A stretch of 64,000 nt of DNA, from the NCBI RefSeq assembly GCF_009914755.1, contig NC_060934.1. One strand, given 5' to 3'. The position numbers and the translations under genes were made by a program. Below the pieces are notes generated by a model that worked only from the letters and a program-made list of their open reading frames with translations, searched no databases and had not been told where the DNA came from. Origin of the DNA: the human T2T-CHM13v2.0 reference genome, Homo sapiens. Positions 46,976 to 64,000 of the stretch are shown piece after piece (the stretch's first letter is position 1; every line of letters begins with the position of its first letter).

Positions 46976-48587
46976 TCAAGGTGGAGAAAGCCTTTTCAAG
47001 TGCAATAGTAAAAGAACCAATCAAAAGGGAAAATAATGCATTAATTATATAAAAATGAAAAACAATGCAAAATTAAAAAGAAAAGAAAAACCAAGTAACA
47101 AATGGGAAATATTTGTAATACAGCAACTAGTTAATATCCTTAATACATGAAGGGACATACATAAGGAAAAAATAAATATCAATAAAATGTGCAAAAGACA
47201 CAAATAGAACACTCACCAAAGTAGAAATTAAAATGGCTAAAAAATATATATAGATACTGTGTATATATGCATATCTATACACAGATATATGTATGTGTAT
47301 ATCACATACACATATGTAACAAATATGCATATGTTATATAACATAAATATACATATATTGTATTTTATATACATTATACATGTATATAAATATACATCTA
47401 TATGTACTTCTAAGTAAAACAAAACAATGCTTAGCTATCTGTCTCCTTTCATCAATTTGGCAAAGAGGAAAAAATAATATGCTGAATTTATGATTGTGCT
47501 GAGAAATGAACGCTTCTGTGTATTGCAGGTGAGAATGAAACTTGGCCCGAGCTGATACATGCTATCAGATTTTATGACAAGCACAGCGGTTCCACATCTA
47601 GGAATTCCTCTCAATTAGGAATGAATGTATAGGATTATTTTAAAAAGTATTCAAACTGCATTATTGTATAAGGGAGAAAAATCAGAAATAAGAAACAACT
47701 CAACTCCCCAGCTGTCAGAGACTGTCAGGTAGAGAGTGGCATATATTCACAGTATAACAGAATATCTCACAGCCATTAGAAATCTAAATTTTAATAACTT
47801 GGGAAATTATTCATTATAAAGGAAAAAAGGTTACAAAACAGTAGATCCACATATTATTTTTTAAAATAGATATTATATATAGCACAGAGAAATGTGAATT
47901 CTGTTCTGAGAAATGTGGTTATAAGTGACTTCATTTCTTTTTTTAACTTCTCCATAATTTCAAACGTTTTCTAGGCATTATGTTTAAAAAGCTATATAAA
48001 AGTTTATAAACATTGAGGGGCAGAGTATTATGGAGCAGTTATGAGGATACTCCATTGCTGCCCAGCCTTGGGCAAGTTGATTAACTTCTGTATGCCTCAG
48101 TTTCCTCATCTGTAAAAATGGCAGAGTGTTGGGTTGTACTAACGGAGTTACTATATGTAAGGTGCTGGCTGGTGTCTGGCTTACTGGAACTGCTTAACAA
48201 AAGTTCGCTTTCCTTCTAATGTTCATCTGTATTTTTAGAACAGCTGGGAAAGTACACATATACACACCTAACCTCACTCTGGTGAACGGGAGTGCCTGTT
48301 CTATACAGACACGATCTTTGTATTTCCAAATAGGTTAATGACTGAAGGGCTCTGGAAAGGGGATAAGAGGCCGGCTTCCTTCCCCAGATCGCACTCCAAC
48401 ACCCAGAGGACTGCTATTTCTCAGGTGGCAGCTATGAGGAAAGAAAGAAAATGGTGCCCTGAGTCCCTAAGACCCTGGAAGGTGGCTTGGTCCCCGGGAG
48501 GCCTTGGGAGCTGATTTGCCAGTGAGAATTTGAAGTCCTGGTGTCCAAGTTAAACTCACCCCTGGGAAGAAAAAAACTGTTCAATCA

Positions 48588-49028
<441 letters not shown>

Positions 49029-49054
49029 TTATTATTACTATTATGATAACAGCT

Positions 49055-49685
49055 TTATAATAGCTTTATTGAGATATAATTCACATGTCATAAAATTCAC
49101 TCTTTTTATGTGTACAGATTTCAGTTTATTCACAGAGTTGTGCAACTGTCATCACTAATTTCAGAACATTTTCATCTCCCGGAAGAAGAAGCCCTGTACC
49201 TGTTAGCAGTCACTCCGCATTTCCCCCATCCTTAGTCCTCAGAATCCACTAATCTACTCCTGTATTTATGGACTTGCCTGTTTTGGACATTTCATACAGA
49301 TGGAATTATATAATATATGTTCCTTTGTGACTGAGTTTTTAAACTTAGTGTAATGTTTTTAAGGTGCATCCATGTTGTAGCATGTATCAATACTGAATTC
49401 TTTTTTATGGCAGAATAATATTCCACTAATTTTTTTCATCCATTAATATGTTGGTAGATATTTGGGTTATTTCCATCTTTTGGCCACTATGACTAATATG
49501 GCTATGAACCTTCATGTACAAGTGTTTTCATTTCTCTTGGGTAGATATCTAGGAGTAGAGTTGCTAGTCATATGGTAACTGTATTGTTAAATCTTTTGAG
49601 AAATTGCTAGACTGTTTTCCAAGTAATGTGTAAGGGTTCCAATTTTCACATCCTTGCCGATACTTGTTATTGTCTGCTTTTTTTA
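49055..49685 (-). mobile_element. L1MB-like 3' fragment
   Basis: agctttattgagatataattcaca...ttttggacatttcatacagatggaatt...ggtagatatctaggagtagagttgct. Confidence 0.78.
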
Positions 49686-51370
49686 AATTTAAAATTTGTG
49701 GGTATATACTAATAGTAGGTGTATATATATATACATATATATATACATGTACATATATATATGGGGTACAGCCATAAATTATTCAAAACTAAATCTGGAG
49801 ATCAGTTCACCGTCTCTTCTACTTTCTAAGGAAAAGCAATTCTTACTCATGAATGGAAAAATGCTCTGCAGTCTCTAAGTGTGTGTGGTGGAGGAGGGGA
49901 AGTTGACTTGCTCCTAGGGAGGGATGTTTAATCACATCTAATGTGTCATGAAAATTACACACATTTTTATACAGAACAATACATATTGACTATTTCTTGT
50001 CTTTCTCTCCTGCTAGAACATGAACTTCATGAGGACAGAGACTTGGGCTTATTCACCACCAAGTCCCCAGTTCCTAACTCCAGTCCTTTGGAGTTAGAAG
50101 CAGGTTGCCCAAAGTTCATGATGCAGAAAAACCATTTTTTCCGAGATTTATAGGATAAGTCCTGTAATTCCAGATTGCTTGGCGCCAATCAGGTACTCAA
50201 TAAATGTTTGTTGAGTGAATATGTGAATGAGCTCTTCATTGTTTTTCTTTTCCTCAGTGGTCCAAGTAAACCCTCTGATGGGCCTCAAATGCCTTGGGCC
50301 ACCTCAGGGCATGTGATTTCTCACCCCTCCCCATGCCCTAGCCCACAGGTGGTGTTTTGAGATGAAACATCTTGTTTCACATCTGCCTCCCTGTAGAGAG
50401 GTCACCTGCCCCGTTCTCCTCTCTGCCCTCTCTGGGTAGTGTGTTTTCAGAGTGGACACAGGGGCCCTGGCCACTGCTCTGTTCCAGAACCCAGAGAATG
50501 GGGTTCACCAAATCAAACTCTGGGGACATGTGACCCTAGGAAGCTCTTCACTTTTCCTCACTGAGGTCCTCACAGGTCTCAGTTGCCTCCTGAATGCCTG
50601 GGCGACACTGGGCTTCTCTGGCAGCTTGCAATGCTTATTTTGCCTGGGCTGCTAGGAAGTGCAGAGCCACAGAGGCAGACCACCTTACCGGGGGGGCCGG
50701 CCACCACAGCGTCCTCCCTGGGCTGTGGCCTTCACTGCCCTTCCGGTTCCCCTCTTCCCCAAGGTCCCCACTCAGTGCTATCTCACAGTGTGCTGAGTCT
50801 TTGCAAGTGGCCAACGGCAGGTGCCTGCCTGGGAGGGGAACAAAACCCAACCCGGAAGTGCTGTACCCGGGAAGTGCCCGGAGAGTCCGATCCCTCTCCA
50901 TCGGGGGCTGCTCTCCAGAATGGGGGATATCTTATCGTCTGACACAGATGGCAGTTTCCCACACTCTTCTTTAGCTTTTTAACACTCTGCTGTTCTGGCA
51001 AACGAAAACTCCACAAATTTGAAATGTGCTCCCTTTAAATATCAAAGGCCCCCAGGCTTCTCATCCAAAAGCTGAACGGCAACTATGAAGAAAGAACCCA
51101 GAGTGCTTCCAAGAGTCACTCCCTGGCTCCTCACCAGCCTCTCACCCAGCCAGATAAATCCTCAGAGCGGCCCCCAAGTCGGAGGTCTGGACTGAGATGT
51201 GTGTCCTCTCTGCTCGGAATGTCAGAGGCCCCTGACCACGTTCCCAGCCATCCTTTGCTGCAGTCACTTTCAGCACCCTGGGATCTGCTGGGAGTCTTGG
51301 TACCCCTGAGCCTGCCCCGTCCCTCTGGGAAGCCCGGTGTGTGGGGGACTCGCCGCAGACACAACACTCA

Positions 51371-51697
<327 letters not shown>

Positions 51698-52138
51698 TTA
51701 GGGGACTGGAGGGGCTGAGGCACTGCACAGGGAGCCCTGTGGAGCACTGAGGCATCAGACCTTCCTGCCAGCCTAAAAAGTGGGTTCTTACATAGTTAGA
51801 AGCAGGTGATCTGAAGTCCACAATGTAGAAAAGCCATTTTCCCAAGATTTATACAACAAGTTCTATAACAGGCATATTTTAAAAGGCTCTAGAGCTAAGA
51901 TTTTTTTGGGGGGTGGGGTGCTGGTCAACACAAAATTTCATAATTTATAATAGAAGAGCCACTGATTTTTCTTTCTTCCTAAAAACAGCAGACAGAGGAG
52001 GGGAGACCACCTTCCAGCCTCCTGCGTGCAAAGGTGAATCCCCGAGTAAATTCTCCAGGGAGAGGCGGGTCATGAGCACCCATAGAGCTGAGTTATCAGG
52101 CAAACATCAGGAGGCTTTCAGAGGTCGAGCCACAGCTA

Positions 52139-52471
<333 letters not shown>

Positions 52472-53029
52472 CTAAAGAGAAGCTCTGCGAACGCTGCCGT
52501 GTGCAGCCTCCTCTCAGGGTGTTACTCAGGGAGGGTCTTCTTTTCCTAAACAAAATAGGAGCCTTGCTTTATATTGATGTACAGCCTCATTTTCTTTACT
52601 TAATGTTGTTCTGTCAAGGAATATTCTTTTAAAACATAACTCCTGATATTTTAATGGTATTCTGTGGTTATTGATGTCACAAGACTGATATAAATACATT
52701 CTTAACAAGATAGCTCTCAGCAATGAGAATGACTCATCACTGACTTGGTAATAATTCTAGGGAAAATATATGGTTTGTGGCCACCCCAGCAGTCCACTCA
52801 GCCTCTTCCTGGCCTGTGAGAGAAGGCTCTTCCTTCAGGTGTTATCTGCACCACGAATAATGTTAGGTTTGAGTCACCTCCCTCTAGGACACCTTTCCTT
52901 AAAGAGGAAATGTTTCCTGGAGCTGGTAGTCAGGGAGCACTGAGAGAAAGCATTTCTCACTGTGAGTTATCAATCTCTGTGCCCATTTTGCATAACCAAT
53001 TGCCATTTTGTGGCAGTATTTCATATCTA

Positions 53030-53203
<174 letters not shown>

Positions 53204-53735
53204 TCAAAAAAATGATACAAATAAAAATAAAATGATTTTCCATCCACTGGATTGGTAACAGGTAAAATGCTCAAATGAGAGAGATTAAGACTCAAAACTC
53301 TGAGGATGATTTTGAAGGCATGATAAAAGCATATTCATTCATGGCCTTTACAAAAAAATAAAGGGGTAGTTGAAATGGCTATTAGGAATAAATTAAAATG
53401 CAACTCTTGCCAGTACCATTTCTAAAATATAGTCCATAGTAGAAAATATTGTTTTAGGAAACGTGATTGGTTCTTGGAACCGTGGAAGGCTGGGTGAGTG
53501 TGGATCTATTTCTGGCAAGAATGTCTCTGCTGTCTTCCCTCCTGCTATCGTTAATCATTCATCCAGGAGAATAAAGAGATTTGCACATGGCATTGTCCTG
53601 TTTTCAAAGAATCCCAGAGTTAATTCTTAATTGCTGCTACTCAGCAAGTTAACTCTTAATTGCTGGTACTCTACAGAGCAGAGGAGACTCAGGCAGAGCT
53701 CATCTGAATGTTAAAGAGACAGGTTTGCAAGCCTT

Positions 53736-53949
53736 GGATCTGGGCAGCAGTCCCTGCCAAGCATGATGCAGGCCCTGGGGTTATAAGGCCATGGGGTTGT
53801 GAGGCCAGTAGCTTTAGGTGGCCTCGAATCTTGGCAGCAGTCCCTCCCAGGCACGATGCAGGCCCTGGGATGATAAGGCCATGGGGTTGTAAGGCCAGGG
53901 TCTCAGGGTCTCTGTCATGCTCCTGGGGGATCATGTAGCTTTAGGTGGT
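53736..53949. repeat. Intronic tandem duplication, 90-bp period
   Basis: gatct(g/t)ggcagcagtccct...gatgcaggccctggg...ataaggccatggggttgt.aggccag at 53736 and 53826. Confidence 0.88.
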
Positions 53950-54624
53950 GGGAAGTGCTGTGAAAATAAAGGGATAAAGTGCAGGGACTGAGAAGGATGG
54001 GAGAATGAGAAGGCTCTGGATAGAATGGGTGCGGGGGGCAGTGGTGCGGGTAACATTTCAACAGAAACCTGCCTCATAAGAGGCTGTACACAGGGGTACA
54101 TACGTAGAGGCAGTATGGAGTAGGCAGGGGAAGTTTCCAGACAGTGGAATGGGTCACAGGGCAGGAGGTGAGTGGAAGGAGGTGGCCGTGGAACAGGGAG
54201 AGGCTGGAGTGGCCTGGGTGGAGGGGAGGAGCAGGGGGAGCTTGGAGAGGTGCCCAGGGCCCATCACGAAGGTGCTGGAGCCCTGGGAAGCCGCTTAGAC
54301 TGCAGTGTGTGTGGCAGACAGTAAGGGAGTGACCCAATCTGACCTGTTCCAGAAAACCACTCAGGCTGCCACGAATACAGGTGATGGGCGTTCCCAATCC
54401 TTACATTCACCTGATACTTCCTTCAGGTAGATTCGTGTACATGGAACAAGTGATCAAAGTTTTAAGGTTCTCGTGACAAAATTTCAGGATGGCTGTTCAA
54501 GTTACACTTCTCACCCAAAACATAGCATCCTCATCCTACCGAGGCCTTGCCAGCTGGCCCTGGATCCATTCTTTAAAAAATCACTACCACTGTGAGAAGT
54601 GGATGATGGCATCTCTTTGTTTTA

Positions 54625-55242
<618 letters not shown>

Positions 55243-55420
55243 TCACGCCCAGGAGAAGAGAAAAACCACCTTCCTTCCAGCTCCTGACCCAGAACTTCCC
55301 ACAGGGAGAAAAGGGATCTGAGGGGCCCTCTTGGTGCCCTGAGAAAAAGATCTGTCATCTGGAGGGGGTGGCAGATCACTCCAAGTGTGCAACAGAGTAA
55401 TTTCTTCAAAATATTTGGTG

Positions 55421-55733
<313 letters not shown>

Positions 55734-56099
55734 GTATTTGGTGACCGCCAGAGCAGGACTAAGGGCTCACACAGACACAAACTCATTTTCCATATTACAC
55801 CACTCTTTGGCAAAAGATTAGCTGGTAGAGAAAAAATGTTAAAAACAATAGCAGGGCCAGCTTTAAGCACAAAGGAAAAAATGCAGGCTGTTAAAACTAT
55901 TCTAGTAAAAAATACAACTTTGAAGTTTTCAAGTTCTGTCAGAAAGGAGGAGATAGGTTGCTGACATATCACTTGAGCATAAACTAATCTGGATTTCATG
56001 TCTGTCACCAGGGCTGCTGCCAGGATTAAGTGCTGATGGTCCCCATGGCTGGCACTGCACAGGCACTCGGTAAACATGAGCAGCACAGGAGGCAGATGA

Positions 56100-58250
<2,151 letters not shown>

Positions 58251-59447
58251 AGCTATTCTCTTTACAACCTTGATTAGTTACCTAATTTAAAGTGTGGACA
58301 TGTTACGCCACCAAGGCACTTTCAAGAATGTTTGGTACTAGTAGTTCTATTTAGGAATAACAGAAAACACAAATATAAAGACTGTTCATGGTCAAGCATT
58401 CTTGCACCAGAGCCACCTATTTATAGGAACTAGACATCTATCAGGCCCTGGAGGAGCCTGGCTCAGATCCCTGGGCACCTTGAGCAGCTGTCGCGACCCT
58501 GCTGGGGAGTGAGCAACCCTACCCTGCAGGCACTGGGCCAGGACATTGACCCTAGCAGGCCGGCCAGCATTGGCCAAGCGGAGGCTGTACCACCTGTGCA
58601 GCTGCTGCTTTTGCTGACCCTCTCCCAGAAGTGCACCCTGAGCTCTGACTCAGTCCTGTTTGCAGGTGTGGCCCTTGTGCGCACAAGTGATAGGGGAGCC
58701 GGACTAGTGTCACCAAGGGGCCAGAGCTTCCGCGTTGGTTACGGAGTGACTGCAAGTGCCATCGGGCTGTGCTTCCCCCCTGCTGGAGGGATGGTCTGGA
58801 ATCTGAATGCTCCCTGCTTTAACTTAATTCTCTAAAGCTGGGCTTTTTCTAAGTTGTAAGTCTGCTGGAAAAGATGTTGTTGGAGCTGGCTGTGAGATGT
58901 CCATTGTGTTCATTGGGAAGAAATATAGAAAGGAATCACCCGGCTCAAATCATATTTCCTAAGGGCCTCCAAGTCAATAGTCCATGAAAGTCTGAACTCT
59001 TCGCTTTATTTTTAATTAATTCACTTTAACAGTTTTACTCATTCATTCACTCACAATTACTTTTTTTTCTCATAACTAACAGCTAAAGTAAGAAAATGGC
59101 TAAATTAAACTATGTCTGGTTTTATAAAACACGATTTCCCTTTTTGCATTTTAGGAACGGGCACTACAAGTGCCTTTAGTTTGTTCTTTAAAGTTCCCAG
59201 TTCCATTACTCCAAAGGTTAAGAGATCTGCCTGCCCCGAAACACACTCAATTCCCTATTATTATTGTCTTTGGCAACCAGCATCAGAGATTAACACTGTA
59301 CATGCCACCTCTGCACAAAAGCAAAAGCGTAAGTCCACGACAGTGACTCTTTGTTATTAATTGTTATTGTTATTGTTTTGGGGAGATCCACATTATCTTA
59401 TCTTCAAGTTAAAAACAGTAATTACGCTGTTCCTGCTGACAATGTCA

Positions 59448-60092
<645 letters not shown>

Positions 60093-61619
60093 CTACTCCC
60101 TGGAAGGAGAGGCTGGAGCTGCCTGGGCCCTGGAAGATCCCCTTCCTGCTGTTTAAGAAGCCCCTGAAGTTTGGTGTGTTCAGCGGCCCAACCTCAAGTC
60201 GCCTTGCTGCTGGTTCAATGCTGACCTGCTCCAAGGTCTGGTGACTGGGATCTTCAGCCCCTCCTTGTAGCCAGACTCACAGCTGCCCACATCCTGTGCT
60301 GGAGCCCCACTCTGACTCTCTGCCCGCAGAGCGGTTTAATAGCACAGTTGGGTTTGAAAAGAGGCAGGTCTGGACTTGAGTGTCCAGCTCCACTCCCTGC
60401 TAGCTGTGTGGCTTCAGGCAGGTTCCTTGATCTTACTGTCTTGGTCCTTATCTGAAAAATTAGCACCACAACAGAAATGTCTCAGGGAGCCCAGTAGGCC
60501 CTCAGCTAGAGGCAGAGTAAAGCCCCCAGCATCGTGCCCTGAGGGGGCAGGGGGACCTCTGGGCCACAGCCCGGCTCTGCACAGCACACAGCCCCACTGG
60601 CCGTGTGCTCAGCGAGGCCCACCTGCTGGCTGTTCCTGCACCTGCTTTATGTCATTGAGACAGGGTCTGAAATATTTACTTGGTCCCTACAAAGTGTCTT
60701 CCGTAGAGTAGGTGCTCAGGAAATGTTGTCAGCTGATGAATAGATGCATCTTGTATAAATCAGGAAAGAAATCCTGGTTCTGAGCCTGCAGTTTTCTGAT
60801 CAGCAAACAGCTGCCTGTGCTTCCTGTGGCCCCGGGGGCAGGTGCACCTGCACAGCAAGGGGGCTGTAAAGAGGCAAAAATACTCTCTTCTGAGTTGAAA
60901 TCACAAACCTGTGACCTGCATGCTCTCCTAAATGGGAAGGGGTGAGCAGCGCTGTGGAAAAGGCTCCTCCTTGGCAATGAAAGGGATGATTTCTCCAGAG
61001 TTCACCGGACTCCCCCTTTCCCCAGCACCAAGCATCCAGGTGAGTGTTTTGCAATGGGGTCCGTCACCATCAGGAACCGAGGAGAGTTTAGACTCTGCAT
61101 TTACTACACCAGACCCACAAAGCACCACCCGTGCTCTCAGTCTCGGGAGAAACAGCCTCTTTCACTTTTCAAATCAATCTTCTGTGCGTGTATTTACTAT
61201 AATGTTACAGCACCATTTGGTTCCAGCTTTAAATCACGAAGATATGCTGTACTTAACGACTTTAATTGAAGCAGCACACAGCCACATGGGAAATATCATT
61301 TAGAGGCCAATCATCTCTTTCCCAGAAAAGCTCTGGGGACAGGGGCAGGGGAGGGAGAGAGGGAGCTGAGAAGCCTTGATGTGCAAGTTCAATTTCTACA
61401 GGTGAACACCAGCGGCCTCGGCAATGCTAGGTTGTTAGGAATTCGGCCTTACTTCTTTTCATCTCTGTAGTTTACTAGGTGGCTCTCAAAGGCGCATGAC
61501 TGCAGTGCCCCACTGCACGGACGCAGCAGAGGGCATGACAGGGTTCATTGGAGAAGCTGGCTCCCGCAGGGCTGCCGGGCCAGCCTCTTTCAGCTGGAAA
61601 AAACCACAAGCGCTCACTA

Positions 61620-61898
<279 letters not shown>

Positions 61899-62214
61899 CT
61901 ACAGGGGAACACAAAGACATCAGTTCAGTTGCCTGTTTCTGCAGCTATTCCTTGTCATGCTCAATGCTGCTTCAGCTGTTCATGGGACAGCATAAAAATA
62001 CAGCTTCCACACTCTGTCTCAGGATGTTTAACTGCAGTCAGGGAAAGGCTGCATTTCCAGAAAGACTCTGGGAGGTCTGAACACCCATCGCCACAACAGC
62101 ACATGGGTGCCTGAGAACAGGCACAAATCAGACTCTTCACTTCCCAGAGTCAGATTAGAATTGGAGGCCTGTCTGCTGTTCTACTAGTGAATCCTGGGAA
62201 GGCTTCCTAGCTTT

Positions 62215-62218
<4 letters not shown>

Positions 62219-62257
<39 letters not shown>

Positions 62258-62275
62258 TTTGTGTGTCTGTGTGTC
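62219..62275. repeat. (GT)n microsatellite
   Basis: Direct reading. Confidence 0.95.
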
Positions 62276-62670
62276 CATGGTTTTTTTTTTAATTAAAAAA
62301 GTATTTTAGTTGACACATTATTATGGGTATGATTCGATGTGTTGATACATGCATCTGTTTTATGGGGAAGGGGGTGTGGGAAGGAGACGGGACAGGGAAG
62401 ATAGGGAGATGTTGGCCAACCGGTACAAAGTGACAGAGAGGAGGAATGAGCTCTGGTTTTCTCCTGCACAGTGGGGTGACTGTTTTCCAATACTGTATTG
62501 CATATTTCAAAATAGCTAGAGGAGAAGATTTGAATGTTCTCACCACAAAGAAATGATACATCTGGGGTGACAGCCATACGAACTATCCTGATTTGATCAT
62601 TTTACATGAAGGCCACTTTTATTGGGACCCGAACCAAGCCCCGAGTTTTGAGGCTTGGTCGCCGGAATAC

Positions 62671-62815
62671 CTTGTGCTGGGCAAGTTCCCCGGGGTTCTT
62701 CTCATTCGATCTCTTCAGTTCCGTCCAATCCAGAAACTTCTCTTTGAACAAAATCGTCTCATTGTGTTCAGTAAGTCTCCCAAATATCGCCCAGTCGGGC
62801 CGCCCCTGTCCTTTT
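62671..62815 (-). CDS. SVIL: SVIL internal coding exon (11th from last; about exon 28 of the long isoform), 145 nt
   Basis: AG at 62816-62817 and GT at 62669-62670 (minus strand); translates [48 protein letters not shown], recognised as supervillin gelsolin-like region. Confidence 0.95.
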
Positions 62816-63097
62816 CTGTAGGGTGGGAGGGGGGTTGGGAGAACAGACAGGAAAAGAACCAAGATGAAGCCAAGCTTAAACAAAGGAATCTAAAACACAT
62901 GCGGCTGCTGGAAAAAACCTCAAAGTACGTGAGTACATATAAAATAAATGGTTTATTTTCCTGCATTTTACCAAATAATGACATTTTGTTATTTTAGTCT
63001 GAAGTCTTGCAAAGCTTTGTGTCCATGGAGTTTTTGATGTGCCTGAATGTGACATGAACCATGTCAGGACTAGACTTTTCTTACATTCTAGCAAGTT

Positions 63098-63400
63098 CTT
63101 TTCTTTTCTTTTTTTTTTTTTTAGAGATAAGGTCTTGTTCTGTTGCCTAGGCTGAAGTGCAGTTGCACAATCATAGCTCCCTGCAGCCTTGAACTCCTGG
63201 GCTGCAGTGATCCTCCTGCCTCAGCCTTGCAGATAGCTGGAACTGCAGGTGTGTGCCACCATGCGTAGCTAATTTTTGTATTTTTTTAAATATGAGACAG
63301 GGGTCTTGCTATGTTGCTCAGGCTGGTCTTGAACTCCTGGCCTTAAGTGATCCTTCCTTCTCAGTCTCCCAAAGTGCTGGGACTACAGGTGTGGGCCACA
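63098..63400 (-). mobile_element. AluJ with probable TSD ACATTCTAGCAA
   Basis: Reverse Alu; acattctagcaa occurs at about 63083 and 63398. Confidence 0.88.
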
Positions 63401-64000
63401 TTCTAGCAAATTCTTGTCTTTGGGATACCCTGGGGTGGCACGCTGGGTGGGGATTTTGGAAAAGGCAGGAGCCGCAGGAAAACCTTGTCTACTTTAGCCG
63501 CCCAGTCACCTGCAGATGCTTACCAAGTTTCCCGTCCAATTAATTAATAGACATAGGGAAGAGGTAGCTCCCTCCTCAATTCTCTACTATTTTATGTCAT
63601 GTTACAACAAAGCTCTCCAGAGTATGGAGATTCTCCCGTCACTAAAATGAACACACTTTCATAGATCTTGAAGTGCCTTTTTGTGCACTTATTAGGCCAC
63701 TGGCCAGGGCAGCAGACAGGAGAGCACAGAGAGATAGGAAAGAAAACGGCATAGCTCCACCCGGAGGTCTTGTGTGGCCTTAGGATTTCAAAATTTACAC
63801 TGTCCCCAAGAACACAGGTATTTTAGATAAAGGCAGAGCTGAGAAGATACACGTGCTGCAGAGGGCGTAGCCCTGGAATAACATGCACGATCTCTCATCC
63901 CTCCAGATCCATCTTCGGTTGTGAATCCGGCCCGGAATGCAGCCACCCCTTAGAGCAACCCCCCTTGCTGCTCGTGCCCTGCTGTGCTACTGCCTCAGTC

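Noticed and set aside
63855-63871. CTCF-like GCTGCAGAGGGCGTA
   Set aside because: Several mismatches to the core; too weak to call without ChIP data

Overview
Primate (almost certainly human, chr10p11-p12) genomic DNA. The right 26 kb holds the last 11 coding exons of SVIL (supervillin) on the minus strand. All have GT-AG boundaries, splice into one open frame (gelsolin-like repeats plus villin headpiece, ending KKAKGLF*) and are followed by a 3' UTR with poly(A) signals near 38.46-38.56 kb. The left end holds an unprocessed, disabled fragment of PTCHD3 exon 1 (PTCHD3P1-like, minus strand) with an internal triplication, overlapped on the plus strand by a 167-codon ATG ORF and an AATAAA, a candidate terminal exon of SVIL-AS1. 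Between them is a repeat-dense intergenic block: an LTR5A solo LTR, a triplicated unit-plus-polypyrimidine VNTR, L1MA, a truncated HERV-IP10 provirus whose LTR10 carries five AP-1 sites at 28-bp spacing, MER4/MER21/MER61/MLT LTRs, a p53-type element and a strong CTCF motif. No clearly new biological system is demonstrable from sequence alone. The best leads are the antisense ORF overprinted on the pseudogene, the ERV-derived AP-1/p53 module, and a SVIL exon whose acceptor is also a perfect donor and a CTCF motif. Exon coordinates were read base by base; repeat boundaries and subfamily names are by eye and approximate.
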